Source: Macrostomum lignano
Lineage: Eukaryota
Direction: 5' to 3'
NCBI GenBank assembly: GCA_002269645.1
Contig: NIVC01000599.1
Span: forward strand, 94,565 to 127,316
Length of the DNA stretch: 32,752 nucleotides
Shown: positions 1-12,377 of the stretch, one piece after another
Layout: each line of letters starts with the position of its first letter
How positions within the stretch are numbered: the first letter of the stretch is position 1
Translations under genes and position numbers: made by a program
Notes under the pieces: model-generated
Databases searched by the model: none
What the model was told of the DNA's origin: nothing
Seen by the model: the letters and a program-made list of their open reading frames with translations, nothing else

Positions 1-2598
1 TTCTGCTTCTGCCTGCTGCTCCCTGTTGGTCTCCGACTCCTCCGGCTTCTGAGTTTGCTGCTGGCTGCTCCGCTAGTTTTGGTTTAATCTCTTTTGGCGA
101 TGGAAACTGCTGGGAGGGAGCCGGGGAAGGGGCTGATGGATGCTTGGAGGGCACCGATTGCTGGCTGGGCTGGCTCAGTAGTGTAGCCGGGTTCAGTTTC
201 TGGCCTGAGAGACTTTTGTTCAGGCACTCTTCATGGCACTGTCTCAATTGTTGAAATGATTTTTTAACACAAAGGTAAAGCACAGACAGGCGATTGAAAC
301 TAATAATTTTAGACTTATCGTTTGGAACAACAATTCACCTCTCTTCTCCCCTCGCTTCTCTCTCATCTCTCCTCTCTCATCTCACCTCTCCCATCTCTCA
401 TCTCTTATCTTTCCTCGCTCGTCTCTAATTTCTCCTCTCTCCTCTCTAATCTCTCCTCTCTCCTCTCTCATCTCTGCTCTCACTTCGCTCCTCTCTAATC
501 TCTCCTCTCTCCTCTCTCATCTCTGCTCTCACCTCGCTCCTCTCTAATCTCTCCTGTCTCTCTCTTATTTCCCTTCTCTTCTCTCTCCTCTCTCCTCTCT
601 TCTCTCTCATCTCTCCTCTTTCCTCTCTCATCTCTGCTCTCACCTCGCTACTCTCTAATCTCTCCTGTCTTCTCTCTTATTTCCCTTCTCTTCTCTCTCT
701 CTCTCCTCTCTTCTCTCTCATCTCTCATCTCTCATCTCTCATCTCTCATCTCTCCTCTCTCATCTCTCAGCTCTCATCTCTCTCTCTCTCATCTCTCCTC
801 TCTCATCCCTGCTCTCTCCTCTCTAATCTCACCTCTCACCTCTCTCCTCTCGTTCATCGTTCCTCATTCTCAGCCCTCCTGGCCCCATACTTTCTAAGTT
901 GTCCTCAAAAAAGAAGCGCAACTTTCTTCCAATTTATCCCCTAAATTATCCAGCCAGCACTGACAGATAAATAAATAATAATGCTTGTGCAGCCCGCAAT
1001 AATATCGCAGACTAATGTCTGGTCACACAGCCACTCCAAGGCCAGCCCATGCTTGTAATCGATTTCGCCAGGACAGAGTCTGCTCCGCTCTTTCATTGCT
1101 GCTTTTTTGTCCCCAGTTTTGTTCCGAATAACTTTCTGGACTCGAGCTCGGGAGAGAAGGGGAGCAGGGGAGGGTCGGGTAATGCGGCAGGATTTCGCGA
1201 GAGATGCTCCATCATTTTTAGCATCGCTTCGCTCGGTTCGTCGACTTCGCGGGGATCGTTTAAGAGATAAGATTGAGAAGCTGCGGATGAGGCGAATTGC
1301 TGAGATCCCCCGCTATGGATTTCTCTCAGCTCGAATTCTGACCTGCGTAGTTGTTGCTGGCGCTGATGGCGCGTGGGTCGACTTTAATTTAGTAGATTCT
1401 TGTGGAGCAATCTTTAGGATCAGCGATGTGGCCGCTGAGCACCGCTGAGCAATGCCAGGTTTATCTTTAGTGCCGGCCTGAGCTGAGCCTGAGTTTTATT
1501 TTTGCATTCGGCGAGCCGGTCCGAAACTCACTCCCAGTCCCAGTCCCAGTCCCAGTCCCAGTCCCAGTGCAGTTTCAGTCTCAGTCCCAGTCCCAGTCCC
1601 AGTCCCAGTCCAGTCCGAGTCCCAGTCCCAGTCCCAGTTTCAGTCCCAGTCCCAGTCCAGTTTCAGTCCCAGTCCCAGTTTCAGTCCCAGTCCCAGTCCC
1701 AGCCCCAGTCCCAGTCCCAGTTTCAGTCCCAGTCCCAGTCCCAGCCCCAGTCCCAGTCCCCGTTTCAGTCTCAGTCCCAGTCCCAGTCCCAGTTCCAGTC
1801 TCAGTTTCAGTCCCAGTCCCAGTCCCAGTCCAGTCACAGTCCCAGTTCCAGTCTCAGTTTCAGTCCCAGTCCCAGTCCCAGTCCCAGTCCGAGTCCCAGT
1901 CCCAGTCCCAGTTTCAGTCCCAGTCCCAGTCCCAGTCCCAGTTTCAGTCCCAGTCCCAGTCCCAGTTTCAGTCCCAGTCCCAGTCCCAGTCCCAGTCCCA
2001 GTTTCAATCCCAGTTCCAGTCCCAGTTTCAGCCCCAGTCCCAGTCCCAGTTCCAATCCAAAGTCGCACTCAAATCAAGGGGCGTAGCAGAAGAAGACCCG
2101 TGATAGCAAATCTTTACTTTCAGACCGAGGACAAGTCAAGTGTGAGGAAGATCCGCCTTGTTTGACAACCACGCCGCACAACCGCTGCTCAGCAATGCCG
2201 CACTCACGAGTGACTCAGTGCTGGTGATGGTGAGACGCATTATTTAGCACTGTCCCGGTTCCGTACTCAGATTGTTTGTACAGTAACTTATTTCATTGGG
2301 AAGGACTGGAACTGGAACTGAAAATGGGACTGAGACTGGGACTGGCACTGGGACTGGGACTGGGACTGGCACTGGGACTGGGACTGGGACTGGACTGGGA
2401 CTGGGACTGGGATTTGGACTGGGACTAGGAGTTGGTTTGTGGCAGTAGAAGGAAGAGGAAGTGGCAGATGATCTGGTATAGGGCTGGGACTGAAACTGAG
2501 ATTGGGACTGAAACTGGGACTGGGACTGGGACTGGGACTGAAACTGGGATTGGGACTGAAACTGGGACTGGGACTGGGACTGGGACTGAAACTGGGAT

Positions 2599-2632
<34 letters not shown>

Positions 2633-2973
2633 ACTGGGATTTGGACTAGGACTGGGAGTTGGTTTGTGGCAGTAGAAGGGAAAGGAAGTGGCAGATGATC
2701 TGGTATAAATATTAAATATTCATCTAAGTACGCCAATCAGTAATCGAAACTTGCTACTCGAGTGAGTAGAGCAGTTGAAAAATTGTGCGCCACATTTTCA
2801 CAGACATGATGATTGCAAAAACCAGGTAGCCTCTGCCGCCAATAAAAGAATCCAGAGCCAGAAGTCAGTGAGAACCCTGATTGCATACAGAATTACTGTA
2901 TATCTCTTTGTCTTCACGTGCCTCCTAGTGCATGACTTTGGACTTTTTGAGTCACATCAATGTTGAACTGGGC
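1..2973 (-). CDS. Putative downstream exons of the same unidentified gene (model incomplete, runs off the window start)
   Basis: Exon 238-1 follows GAGACAG| and is open ([45 protein letters not shown]...). A coding-like stretch at ~1385-1015 reads [19 protein letters not shown]...[22 protein letters not shown] but needs a frameshift to continue. A candidate exon from 2973 reads [18 protein letters not shown]. Splicing between these pieces is not resolved. Confidence 0.35.
338..875. repeat. Degenerate (CT/CTCAT)-rich microsatellite
   Basis: Polypyrimidine CTCTC/CTCAT repeats; this is the source of the spurious ORF 446-643. Confidence 0.95.
1532..2058 (+). repeat. Hexamer array (CCCAGT)n
   Basis: Nearly continuous CAGTCC units with TTTCAG variants; source of the QS/VP/SP and GT/GL ORFs. 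Confidence 0.95.
2303..2707 (-). repeat. Hexamer array (ACTGGG)n, inverted relative to 1532-2058, with a ~227-bp block duplication
   Basis: GGGACT units. A ~70-bp unique tail (GATTTGGACT...GATCTGGTATA) occurs at 2411-2480 and again at 2638-2707. Confidence 0.92.
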
Positions 2974-3059
2974 CTAGTATATGCTTCTTTTGTAGTTGGT
3001 AGGTAAGAAATGAGCATTATTCTTGGTTAGTATTTAAAGAAGCTGTATTACAAAGTTCG

Positions 3060-5437
3060 GTGCCGATTTAAATAAGTTTGGGCGCCGATTCAAATAAATC
3101 TTGGCGCCGATTCAAAAAAATCTTGGCTCCGATTCAAGTAAATCTGGGCGCCGATTCAAATAAATCTTGGCTCCGATTCAAATAAATCTTGGCTCCGATT
3201 CAAATAAATCTTGGCTCTGATTCAAATAAATCTTGGCGCCGATTCAAATAAATCTTAACGCCGATTACAAATAAATCTTGGCTCCGATTCAAATAAATCT
3301 TGGCTCTGATTCAAATAAATCTTGGCGCCGATTCAAATAAATCTTGGCGCCGATTACAAATAAATCTTGGCGCCGATTACAAGTAAATCTTGGCGCCGAT
3401 TCAAATAAATCTTGGCTCCGATTCAAATAAATCTTGGCTCCGATTCAAATAAATCTTGGCTCCGATTCAAATAAATCTTGGCTCCGATTTCAAAAAAATC
3501 TTGGCGCCGATTACAAATAAATCTTGGCGCCGATTCAAATAAATCTTGGCTCTGATTCAAATAAATCTTGGCGCCGATTCAAATAAATCTTGGCTCCGAT
3601 TCAAATAAATCTTGGCTCCGATTCAAATAAATCTTGGCTCTGATTCAAATAAATCTTGGCGCCGATTCAAATAAATCTTAACGCCGATTACAAATAAATC
3701 TTGGCTCCGATTCAAATAAATCTTGGCTCTGATTCAAATAAATCTTGGCGCCGATTCAAATAAATCTTGGCGCCGATTACAAATAAATCTTGGCGCCGAT
3801 TACAAGTAAATCTTGGCGCCGATTCAAATAAATCTTGGCTCCGATTCAAATAAATCTTGGCTCCGATTCAAATAAATCTTGGCTCCGATTCAAATAAATC
3901 TTGGCTCCGATTTCAAAAAAAATCTTGGCGCCGATTACAAATAAATCTTGGCGCCGATTCAAATAAATCTTGGCTCTGATTCAAATAAATCTTGGCGCCG
4001 ATTCAAATAAATCTTGGCTCCGATTCAAATAAATCTTGGCTCCGATTCAAATAAATCTTGGCTCCGATTCAAATAAATCTTGGCTCTGATTCAAATAAAT
4101 CTTGGCGCCGATTCAAATAAATCTTGGCTCTGATTCAAATAAATCTTGGCGCCGATTCAAATAAATCTTGGCTCCGATTCAAATAAATCTTGGCTCCGAT
4201 TCAAATAAATCTTGGCTCCGATTCAAATAAATCTTGGCTCTGATTCAAATAAATCTTGGCGCCGATTCAAATAAATCTTGGCTCCGATTCAAATAAATCT
4301 TGGCTCCGATTCAAATCTTGGCTCCGATTGCTCTGATTCAAATAAATCTTGGCGCCGATTCAAATAAATCTTGGCGCCGATTACAAATAAATCTTGGCGC
4401 CGATTACAAGTAAATCTTGGCGCCGATTCAAATAAATCTTGGCGCCAATTCAAAAAATCTTGGCGCCGGTTCAAATAAATCTTGGCTCCGATTCAAATAA
4501 ATCTTGGCTCCGATTCAAATAAATCTTGGCTCCGATTTAAATCTTGGCTCCGATTGCTCTGATTCAAATAAATCTTGGCTCTGATTCAAATAAATCTTGG
4601 CGCCGATTCAAATAAATCTTGGCTCCGATTCAAATAAATCTTGGCTCTGATTCAAATAAATCTTGGCGCCGATTCAAATAAATCTTGGCTCTGATTCAAA
4701 TAAATCTTGGCGCCGATTCAAATAAATCTTGGCTCCGATTCAAATAAATCTTGGCTCTGATTCAAATAAATCTTGGCTCCGATTCAAATCTTGGCTCCGA
4801 TTGCTCTGATTCAAATAAATCTTGGCGCCGATTCAAAAAAATCTTGGCGCCGATTACAAATAAATCTTGGCTCCGATTCAAATAAATCTTGGCGCCGATT
4901 ACAAATAAATCTTGGCGCCGATTACAAGTAAATCTTGGCGCCGATTCAAATAAATCTTGGCGCCAATTCAAAAAAATCTTGGCGCCGGTTCAAATAAATC
5001 TTGGCTCCGATTCAAATAAATCTTGGCTCCGATTCAAATAAATCTTGGCTCCGATTTAAATCTTGGCTCCGATTGCTCTGATTCAAATAAATCTTGGCTC
5101 TGATTCAAATAAATCTTGGCGCCGATTCAAATAAATCTTGGCTCCGATTCAAATAAATCTTGGCTCTGATTCAAATAAATCTTGGCGCCGATTCAAATAA
5201 ATCTTGGCTCTGATTCAAATAAATCTTGGCGCCGATTCAAATAAATCTTGGCTCCGATTCAAATAAATCTTGGCTCTGATTCAAATAAATCTTGGCTCCG
5301 ATTCAAATCTTGGCTCCGATTGCTCTGATTCAAATAAATCTTGGCGCCGATTCAAAAAAATCTTGGCGCCGATTACAAATAAATCTTGGCTCCGATTCAA
5401 ATAAATCTTGGCGCCGGTTCAAATAAATCTTGGCGCC
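3060..5437. repeat. 22-bp minisatellite (AAATAAATCTTGGC[T/G]CCGATTC), ~108 copies, with higher-order structure
   Basis: Head-to-tail units with no spacers; diagnostic variants recur at 423-bp and 518-bp periods. Confidence 0.97.
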
Positions 5438-5468
5438 ACTATCTAGGAAGCTACACTTGGAGATCAAA

Positions 5469-5668
5469 CTTGGCTTGACACACCCACAGCAATTATTGCA
5501 ACTTGGCTTGACACACCCACAGCAATTATTGCAACTTGGCTTGACACACCCACAGCAATTATTGCAACTTGGCTTGACACACCCACAGCAATTATTGCAA
5601 CTTGGCTTGACACACCCACAGCAATTATTGCAACTTGGCTTGACACACCCACAGCAATTATTGCAACT
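5469..5668. repeat. 33-bp minisatellite (CTTGGCTTGACACACCCACAGCAATTATTGCAA), ~6 copies
   Basis: Near-identical units; source of the LGLTHPQQLLQ ORF. Confidence 0.95.
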
Positions 5669-5801
5669 TTAGCTACAAGCAAAATGCCAAATTGGCCCAG
5701 CAACTACCGTCTTCAGATGCTCTCAAGCCCGCTTCAGGGCATTTTTATTCAGTCAATTTTGCAATTGGATTTTCGGGATCGATTTGAGCAGCGCTGCTCA
5801 C

Positions 5802-7302
5802 CTGCCAAGGGTAATACGAAGTAAGTAGACAGTGTAATTTGAGCCACAAGGACAGACTGCAAAATCAATTCTTACTAGGATTTTAGTAGGGTTTCGATTG
5901 ACCCCTGCTAAGTTGAGGATCGGGTTCTTAAAAATGGACAAAGTACTTTTTCTACTCCAGCCTTGAAAAACCTCAGATGAAAGAAACTTGCGATTTTGTG
6001 CCCACTTCATTAATGATTTTTTGTCAGTTTTCAAATGCTTATAGCTAAGGATTTTGGGATATGGGAGCTGAGGATTTTGGGATATTGCAGCTGAGGATTT
6101 TGGGATATTGCAGTTGAGGATTTTGGGATATTGCAGCTGAGGATTGTGGGATATTTCAGCTGAGGATTGTGGGATATTGCAGCTGAGGATTTTGGGATAT
6201 TTCAGCTGAGGATTGTGGGATATTGCAGCTAAGGATTTTGGGATATTGCAGCTCAGGATTGTGGGAAAATTTATGAAGTATTATCCAAGGATTAACGAGG
6301 TTTCTAACTAAGAATTGGCGATATGACTTAAAAAATGATTTCCAATAGTTCTTTGTTGTGGATCAAGTATGGATTATCGAGAGTTTTTTATCGATGACTA
6401 TGGATCATCGATGACTATGGATTATCGATGACTATGGATTATCGATGACTATGGATTATCGATGACTATGGATTATCGATGACTATGGATTATCGATGAC
6501 TATGTATTATCGATGACTATGGATTATCGATGACTATGGATTATCGATGACTATGTATTATCGATGACTATGTATTATCGATGACTATGGATTATCGATG
6601 ACTATGGATTATCGATGACTATGTATTATCGATGACTATGGATTATCGATGACTATGGATTATCGATGACTATGGATTATCGATGACTATGTATTATCGA
6701 TGACTATGGATTATCGATGACTATGTATTATCGATGACTATAGATTATCGATGACTATGGATTATCGATGACTATGTATTATCGATGACTATGTATTATC
6801 GATGACTATGGATTATCGATGACTATGGATTTATCGATGACTATGGATTATCGATGACTATGTATTATCGATGACTATAGATTATCGATAAATGCGGATT
6901 ATCGATAACTAATGGATTATCAAAAGCCACGGGGCTCTCGACAATTATGGACTATCGATGACTATTGGTTATCGATAAATGCGGATTAACGATAACTATG
7001 GATTATCTATAAATGCGGATTAACGATAACTATGGATTATCTATAAATGCGGATTATCGATGACTATCGATTGTTACCAAAAACAGTTGTTAGCAAAGGA
7101 TGATCGGGAACAGGCTAGTACTTATTCACCCCACCCCAGTTAAAAGTACAGTCCCGCAGGCAGCCCTCGTCCATCACTTGCCGATTTCCACTGACACATC
7201 CGCGATGCGCAGCTCCACCTGCTGCTGCTGCCAGCTGGTTGCGACGCCGATCGCCGAGTCGCCCTTCGCCTCCGCCGCTTCGCCAACGGTTGATGAAGTC
7301 AT
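5802..7302 (-). CDS. Putative first two coding exons of an unidentified spliced gene
   Basis: 7302-7178 reads MTSSTVGEAAEAKGDSAIGVATSWQQQQVELRIADVSVEIG (GC-rich, phase-2 donor AA|GTGATG). It joins in phase to 5856-5802 (TTTTGCAG acceptor; N-LSLWLKLHCLLTSYYPWQ; strong donor CAG|GTGAGC). I recognise no homology. Confidence 0.45.
6043..6267. repeat. 23-bp minisatellite (GCTGAGGATTTTGGGATATTGCA), ~9-10 copies
   Basis: Direct inspection of the sequence. Confidence 0.93.
6395..7070. repeat. 17-bp minisatellite (GACTATGGATTATCGAT), ~29 clean copies then degenerate
   Basis: Clean from 6395 to 6890; decayed units continue to ~7070. Confidence 0.95.
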
Positions 7303-7651
7303 TTTATTGAAAAGAAGAGAACCAAAACAGGAAATAAGAATGCCAGTTAATGGGAATTCGGAGTGGTGGGATTAAAGCGGCTTTACTGAGTGTGGAATTT
7401 TTGGCTCCGATTCCAGCCAGAGACACGCCCAACAGCTGCAGCCAATTTTCTATAGTGGCTGGCCGGCTGGGGGGGGGGAGGCCGGTTCGCCTGGCGAATG
7501 GCAGAGCTGGGGGGCTGGTGATCAGGGCTGGTGTACATGTACAGCCGTGAGACAGCCTGTCACACTTTCTGGTCAAATGCAAGCCCCATAAGTTCACTGA
7601 CGGTATCAGATATTTATCGTGCAATATATTTCATTTTCTACAGATAACTTT

Positions 7652-9066
7652 GGGTAGCTATGGAGTATCGGGTTGGGTAGCTATGGATTATCGGGTTGGG
7701 TAGCTATGGATTATCGGGTTGGGTAGCTATGAATTATCGGATGTGGTAGCTATGGATTATCGGGTTGGTTAGCTATGGATTATCGGGTTGGTTAGCTATG
7801 GATTATCGGGTTGGGTAGCTATGGATTATCGGGTTGGGTAGCTATAGATTATCGGGTTGGGTAGCTATGGATTATCGGGTTGGGTAGCTATGGATTATCG
7901 GATGTGGTAGCTATGGATTATCGGGTTGGGTAGCTATGGATTATCGGGTTGGGTAGCTATGGATTATCGGGTTGGGTAGCTATGGATTATCGGGTTGGTT
8001 AGCTATGGATTATCGGGTTGGGTAGCTATGGATTATCGGGTTGGGTAGCTATGGATTATCGGGTTGGTTAGCTATGGATTATCGGGTTGGGTAGCTATGG
8101 ATTATCGGGTTGGGTAGCTATAGATTATCGGGTTGGGTAGCTATGGATTATCGGATGTGGTAGCTATGGATTATCGGGTTGGGTAGCTATGGATTATCGG
8201 GTTGGGTAGCTATGGATTATCGGGTTGGGTAGCTATGGATTATCGGATGTGGTAGCTATGGATTATCGGGTTGGGTAGCTATGGATTATCGGGTTGGGTA
8301 GTTATGGATTATCGGGTTGGGTAGCTATGGATTATCGGGTTGGGTAGCTATGGATTATCGGGTTGGGTAGCTATGGATTATCGGGTTGGTTAGCTATGGA
8401 TTATCGGATGTGGTAGCTATGGATTATCGGGTTGGGTAGCTATGGATTATCGGGTTGGTTAGCTATGGATTATCGGGTTGGTTAGCTATGGATTATCGGG
8501 TTGGTTAGCTATGGATTATCGGGTTGGGTAGCTATGGATTATCGGGTTGGGTAGCTATGGATTATCGGGTTGGTTAGCTATGGATTATCGGGTTGGGTAG
8601 CTATGGATTATCGGGTTGGGTAGCTATAGATTATTGGGTTGGGTAGCTATGGATTATCGGGTTGGGTAGCTATGGATTATCGGATGTGGTAGCTATGGAT
8701 TATCGGGTTGGGTAGCTATGGATTATCGGGTTGGGTAGCTATGGATTATCGGGTTGGGTAGCTATGGATTATCGGGTTGGGTAGCTATGGATTATCGGGT
8801 TGGTTAGCTATGGATTATCGGGTTGGTTAGCTATGGATTATCGGGTTGGGTAGCTATGGATTATCGGGTTGGGTAGCTATAGATTATCGGGTTGGGTAGC
8901 TATGGATTATCGGGTTGGGTAGCTATGGATTATCGGATGTGGTAGCTATGGATTATCGGGTTGGGTAGCTATGGATTATCGGGTTGGGTAGCTATGGATT
9001 ATCGGGTTGGGTAGCTATGGATTATCGGGTTGGGTAGCTATGGATTATCGGGTTGGGTAGCTATGA
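7652..9066. repeat. 23-bp minisatellite (CTATGGATTATCGGGTTGGGTAG), ~61 copies
   Basis: Highly homogeneous units with recurring GATGTGG and GGTTAG variants. Confidence 0.97.
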
Positions 9067-9774
9067 ATTCGAACTAAGTACTCGAAAGGGATTATAGAAC
9101 TTAAAATTGCTTGCTCCTGCACCCTCAATCAGTCAAAATTTGGTGTCACATATTCCTGGATCAGGCGAGCAATCACTAATCCAGTTCGAGTCAGTTCGAA
9201 TTGGCCAGAATTGGAGCTGGCAGATTTCCTAATTGCTATACATAATATGCATAGTACATCAACAATACATCCTGTATAAGACGGTATTAACCACACCAGA
9301 GTCATAATGCATCACAGAGTGCTCATTAGCCCCCCCCCCAGAAACTGTAAGCAGAACCCGCCAACTCTGACTCAGCATTAATATCGCATTCTCAGCTCTT
9401 GAATATGTCAGTCACACTGAATTGGGGGGGGGGGCTGCAGGGGGATACTGAAACCAAAGAGGACGCAAAAAGAGTTGTGGGAAGAGCATGAATATAGATA
9501 GAAAGTGAGAGGTGGGTGATGGGGCCGATGGTACGTTTAGAACAGGTGGGATGAGTTAGTAAAAAGCGTACAAACTCCCAGCGTGATAACGCCATGTTTC
9601 CCACCACAGATAATTGTCCCCGTGCAAATTGAGAAACGTGTCAGGCATGTGCGAGTGTAATTATGAAAAAAACTGCTATATATAAAATTGACGGACTCAA
9701 TTTTGCCAGTCTTGGTGCGATTGACAGCCGTGTGTTGTTTTGCTGCTGTCAACCAAATGTGAAAGCACTCATGC

Positions 9775-10260
9775 AACTCTAGAGTGTGCTGTTGGGTGTG
9801 AACTAGAGTGTGCTGTTGGGTGTGAGCTAGAGTGTGCTGTTGGGTGTGAACTAGAGTGTGCTGTTGGGTGTGAACTAGAGTGTGCTGTTGGGTGTGAACT
9901 AAAGTGTGCTGTTGGGTTTGAGCTAGAGTGTGCTGTTGTGTGTGAACTAGAGTGTGCTGTTGGGTGTGAACTAGAGTGTGCTGTTGGGTGTGAACTAGAG
10001 TGTGCTGTTGGGTGTGAACTAGAGTGTGCTGTTGGGTGTGAACTAGAGTGTGCTGTTGGGTGTGAACTAGAGTGTGCTGTTGGGTGTGAGCTAGAGTGTG
10101 CTGTTGGGTGTGAACTAAAGTGTGCTGTTGGGTGTGAGCTAGAGTGTGCTGTTGAGTTTGAGCTAGAGTGCTCCACAGAGTGTTTACATGAACTATAGAG
10201 TGCTCCACAGAGTGTTTACATGAACTAGAGTACTCCACAGAGTGTTTACATGAACTAGGT
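9775..10260. repeat. 24-bp minisatellite (ACTAGAGTGTGCTGTTGGGTGTGA), ~16 copies plus a variant tail
   Basis: Source of the ELECAVGC and HTQQHTLV ORFs. Confidence 0.95.
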
Positions 10261-11271
10261 TGTGCCATTGAATGTGAGCTAAAGGATTTGCCATGTGAGT
10301 AGTTTCTGTGGCCCCACAGCACTACATCAGAGATCGCCTTCTGCCTTCAGGACCGCTCCACCTGACAATTCAGCAGGCGCTCACGCCCGAAGAAACCAAA
10401 CCCGATAATTTGTTGATTTGAATGCAAGAAATTGCCTGGCAGGAATGGATGGAAATTGAAAGTATTTTTGGGAATAAGCCGAGGCCAGAGCACAGGTAGG
10501 CTGAGGTGGAGCGCTGGCCTGCACTAAAGCAGAATTGACGGGCGCGCATCCGATGCAGCGCTGGAGGCGGGCCGCATGCATTAGAGTAAATGGGTTCGGG
10601 GAAAATATCCCCGGCTTCCATGCAGGATCCCAGTGCAGAGAGGCTGGCAGACCCGTTCGCCATCGCAAAGTTGCAATATCGCAAAAGCCAGACAGGGCAA
10701 TGAATGCAGGCCGAGCCCAAAGGACTCAAGCAATAGCTATAGCTACCTGAGCTAACAAGTGGGGATCGCTAAAAGCAATATGACGCTGCTTTTTCTCCTG
10801 CACTTGCTGCTTTCTGGGATGGGGGCTGGGCTAAACAGGCTCTCTGAGGATGAGGCAAAGATGTCTGTCTCCATTTGGGAATTTTATGAAAAAAAATGCA
10901 TTTTCTCATTTCTCCCGCATTTAGGCAGCTTTAATACCCCAACCCCAGCCCCCCTGGCGACATCTGATGCAGCCCTTTGTTGCTGAGAGCTGCAGGCTGC
11001 ATCTTCGGTTTGAAATATCTTTATTGCAATTTTAGGCCTGCGGAGGCTGCTGGGAGGCGGGCGGGGGATTGCAAGCAAATGACTCCTCCTAAAGACGAAA
11101 ATCTGAATCTTCATCAGCTGGATGCTGGGAACAATGAATGAAAACTACGAGTATAATAAAACATTTCGTAAATACTACTGACTGACTGAAAGTTAGTAGC
11201 ATAGATAGCTGAAGTAGAATGCAGCTGCTCGAACCCTGTTTTCATTGAAAAATGCACTGTCGAGATGGGAG

Positions 11272-11360
11272 GATGTCAAGGCTCACGGGGTATTGCTGAG
11301 ATGTCAAGGCTCACGGGGGTATTGCTGAGATGTCAAGGCTCACGGGAGGGAATTGCTGAG
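11272..11360. repeat. Short ~28-30-bp tandem repeat, 3 copies (GATGTCAAGGCTCACGGGGTATTGCTGA)
   Basis: Direct inspection of the sequence. Confidence 0.85.
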
Positions 11361-12377
11361 TGGGAGTTGCTCAGATGCTTTGAGCCAAAGCTCACAGAGG
11401 ATCTGATATCTTAGGCCAGGATGCATTTTTGCGTTAAAAATCATTTTCCCTTAAGAAATACTGATTGTACGCTCGTATAGGTCATACAAACTGCGTGCAC
11501 AGATACCAGAATAGCTATAGATGTGCCACTCAGCACATTTGCGTGCAAGCTACTTTCAGTTCAGTAGTAAGTTAAACTGTAGCATTTTAATGTATTTTAA
11601 ATACAAGGCTTACATGTACTTATTGGCTTTTATCCCCCCAAGCTTAAACCCTCAAACTCCACACAGAACCTCTACCCCTGCCCCGCCACCCAATTTTTAT
11701 TACCTTCCTCGGCTGTTCCAGCCTAAATCTGCCATGTACATTTCAGTGGTTAATTAACTTGCAAGCTTGGGCTTCTAAACTTATTAAAGTCATTTCAGCC
11801 GCCTTTATTTTGATAAAATAGCTTACGTATTCTTCATTGCTACTGAACTGAAAGTAGAAAGCTGTTTTGCTAAGTATATATGCCTGAGTGGCCTATCTAG
11901 TTATTCTAATATCAGTGCCTGCATGAAGTTAATTTAAGCATTTTACTTACAATACTACTTAATTTATTACTTAAATTACAGAAACAGTAATTTAGAGTTT
12001 TATGCCCGACTAAACTGAAAACCTCCGATCTCCTTCTGTTTTACAAGCCGTGCATAATGAGGGTAGTGTAGTGCAAGAAGCTGGGCGTGCCTCATCAATG
12101 CAAAATAAACTGCTCACCTCATTAGTTTCAGCAATTAGCGAGAGTAGCTGAGAGCGCCATGACTCATTCGCAAATTTTGCCCAAGGCTTAGAGGCGACGA
12201 GCTAAGAAGTTTGTCCAGATCCGCACAGGAGGTATTCCAGCTTCTAAGCATTCTAGAGCTTCGAGGAAGGGAGTAACGAGCCCATCATCGCACATACCCA
12301 CCAACGCAAACATTATTTCACAAGGCGGCTTTTTTATGACACCGAAACTTCAATCGTACAGATGCTTCTTATTAGGG

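Noticed and set aside
1502-2736. QS/VP/SP/GT/GL dipeptide ORFs as a mucin-like or structural protein
   Set aside because: They are open in several frames on both strands simply because the hexamer lacks stops; no splice or start context supports them.
3060-9066. CRISPR-like appearance of the 22-33-bp repeats (also 15290-15836 and 26210-27745)
   Set aside because: Units are head-to-tail with no unique spacers, no cas genes are present, and the context is spliced eukaryotic genes.
9392-9607. MALSRWEFVRFLLTHPTCSKR as an upstream exon of the minus-strand gene
   Set aside because: The donor is weak, I found no compatible acceptor before 7302, and there is no recognisable homology.
9537-10322. 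261-aa HTQQHTLV ORF and 152-aa ELECAVGC (metallothionein-like) ORF
   Set aside because: Both are translations of a 24-bp minisatellite in different frames.
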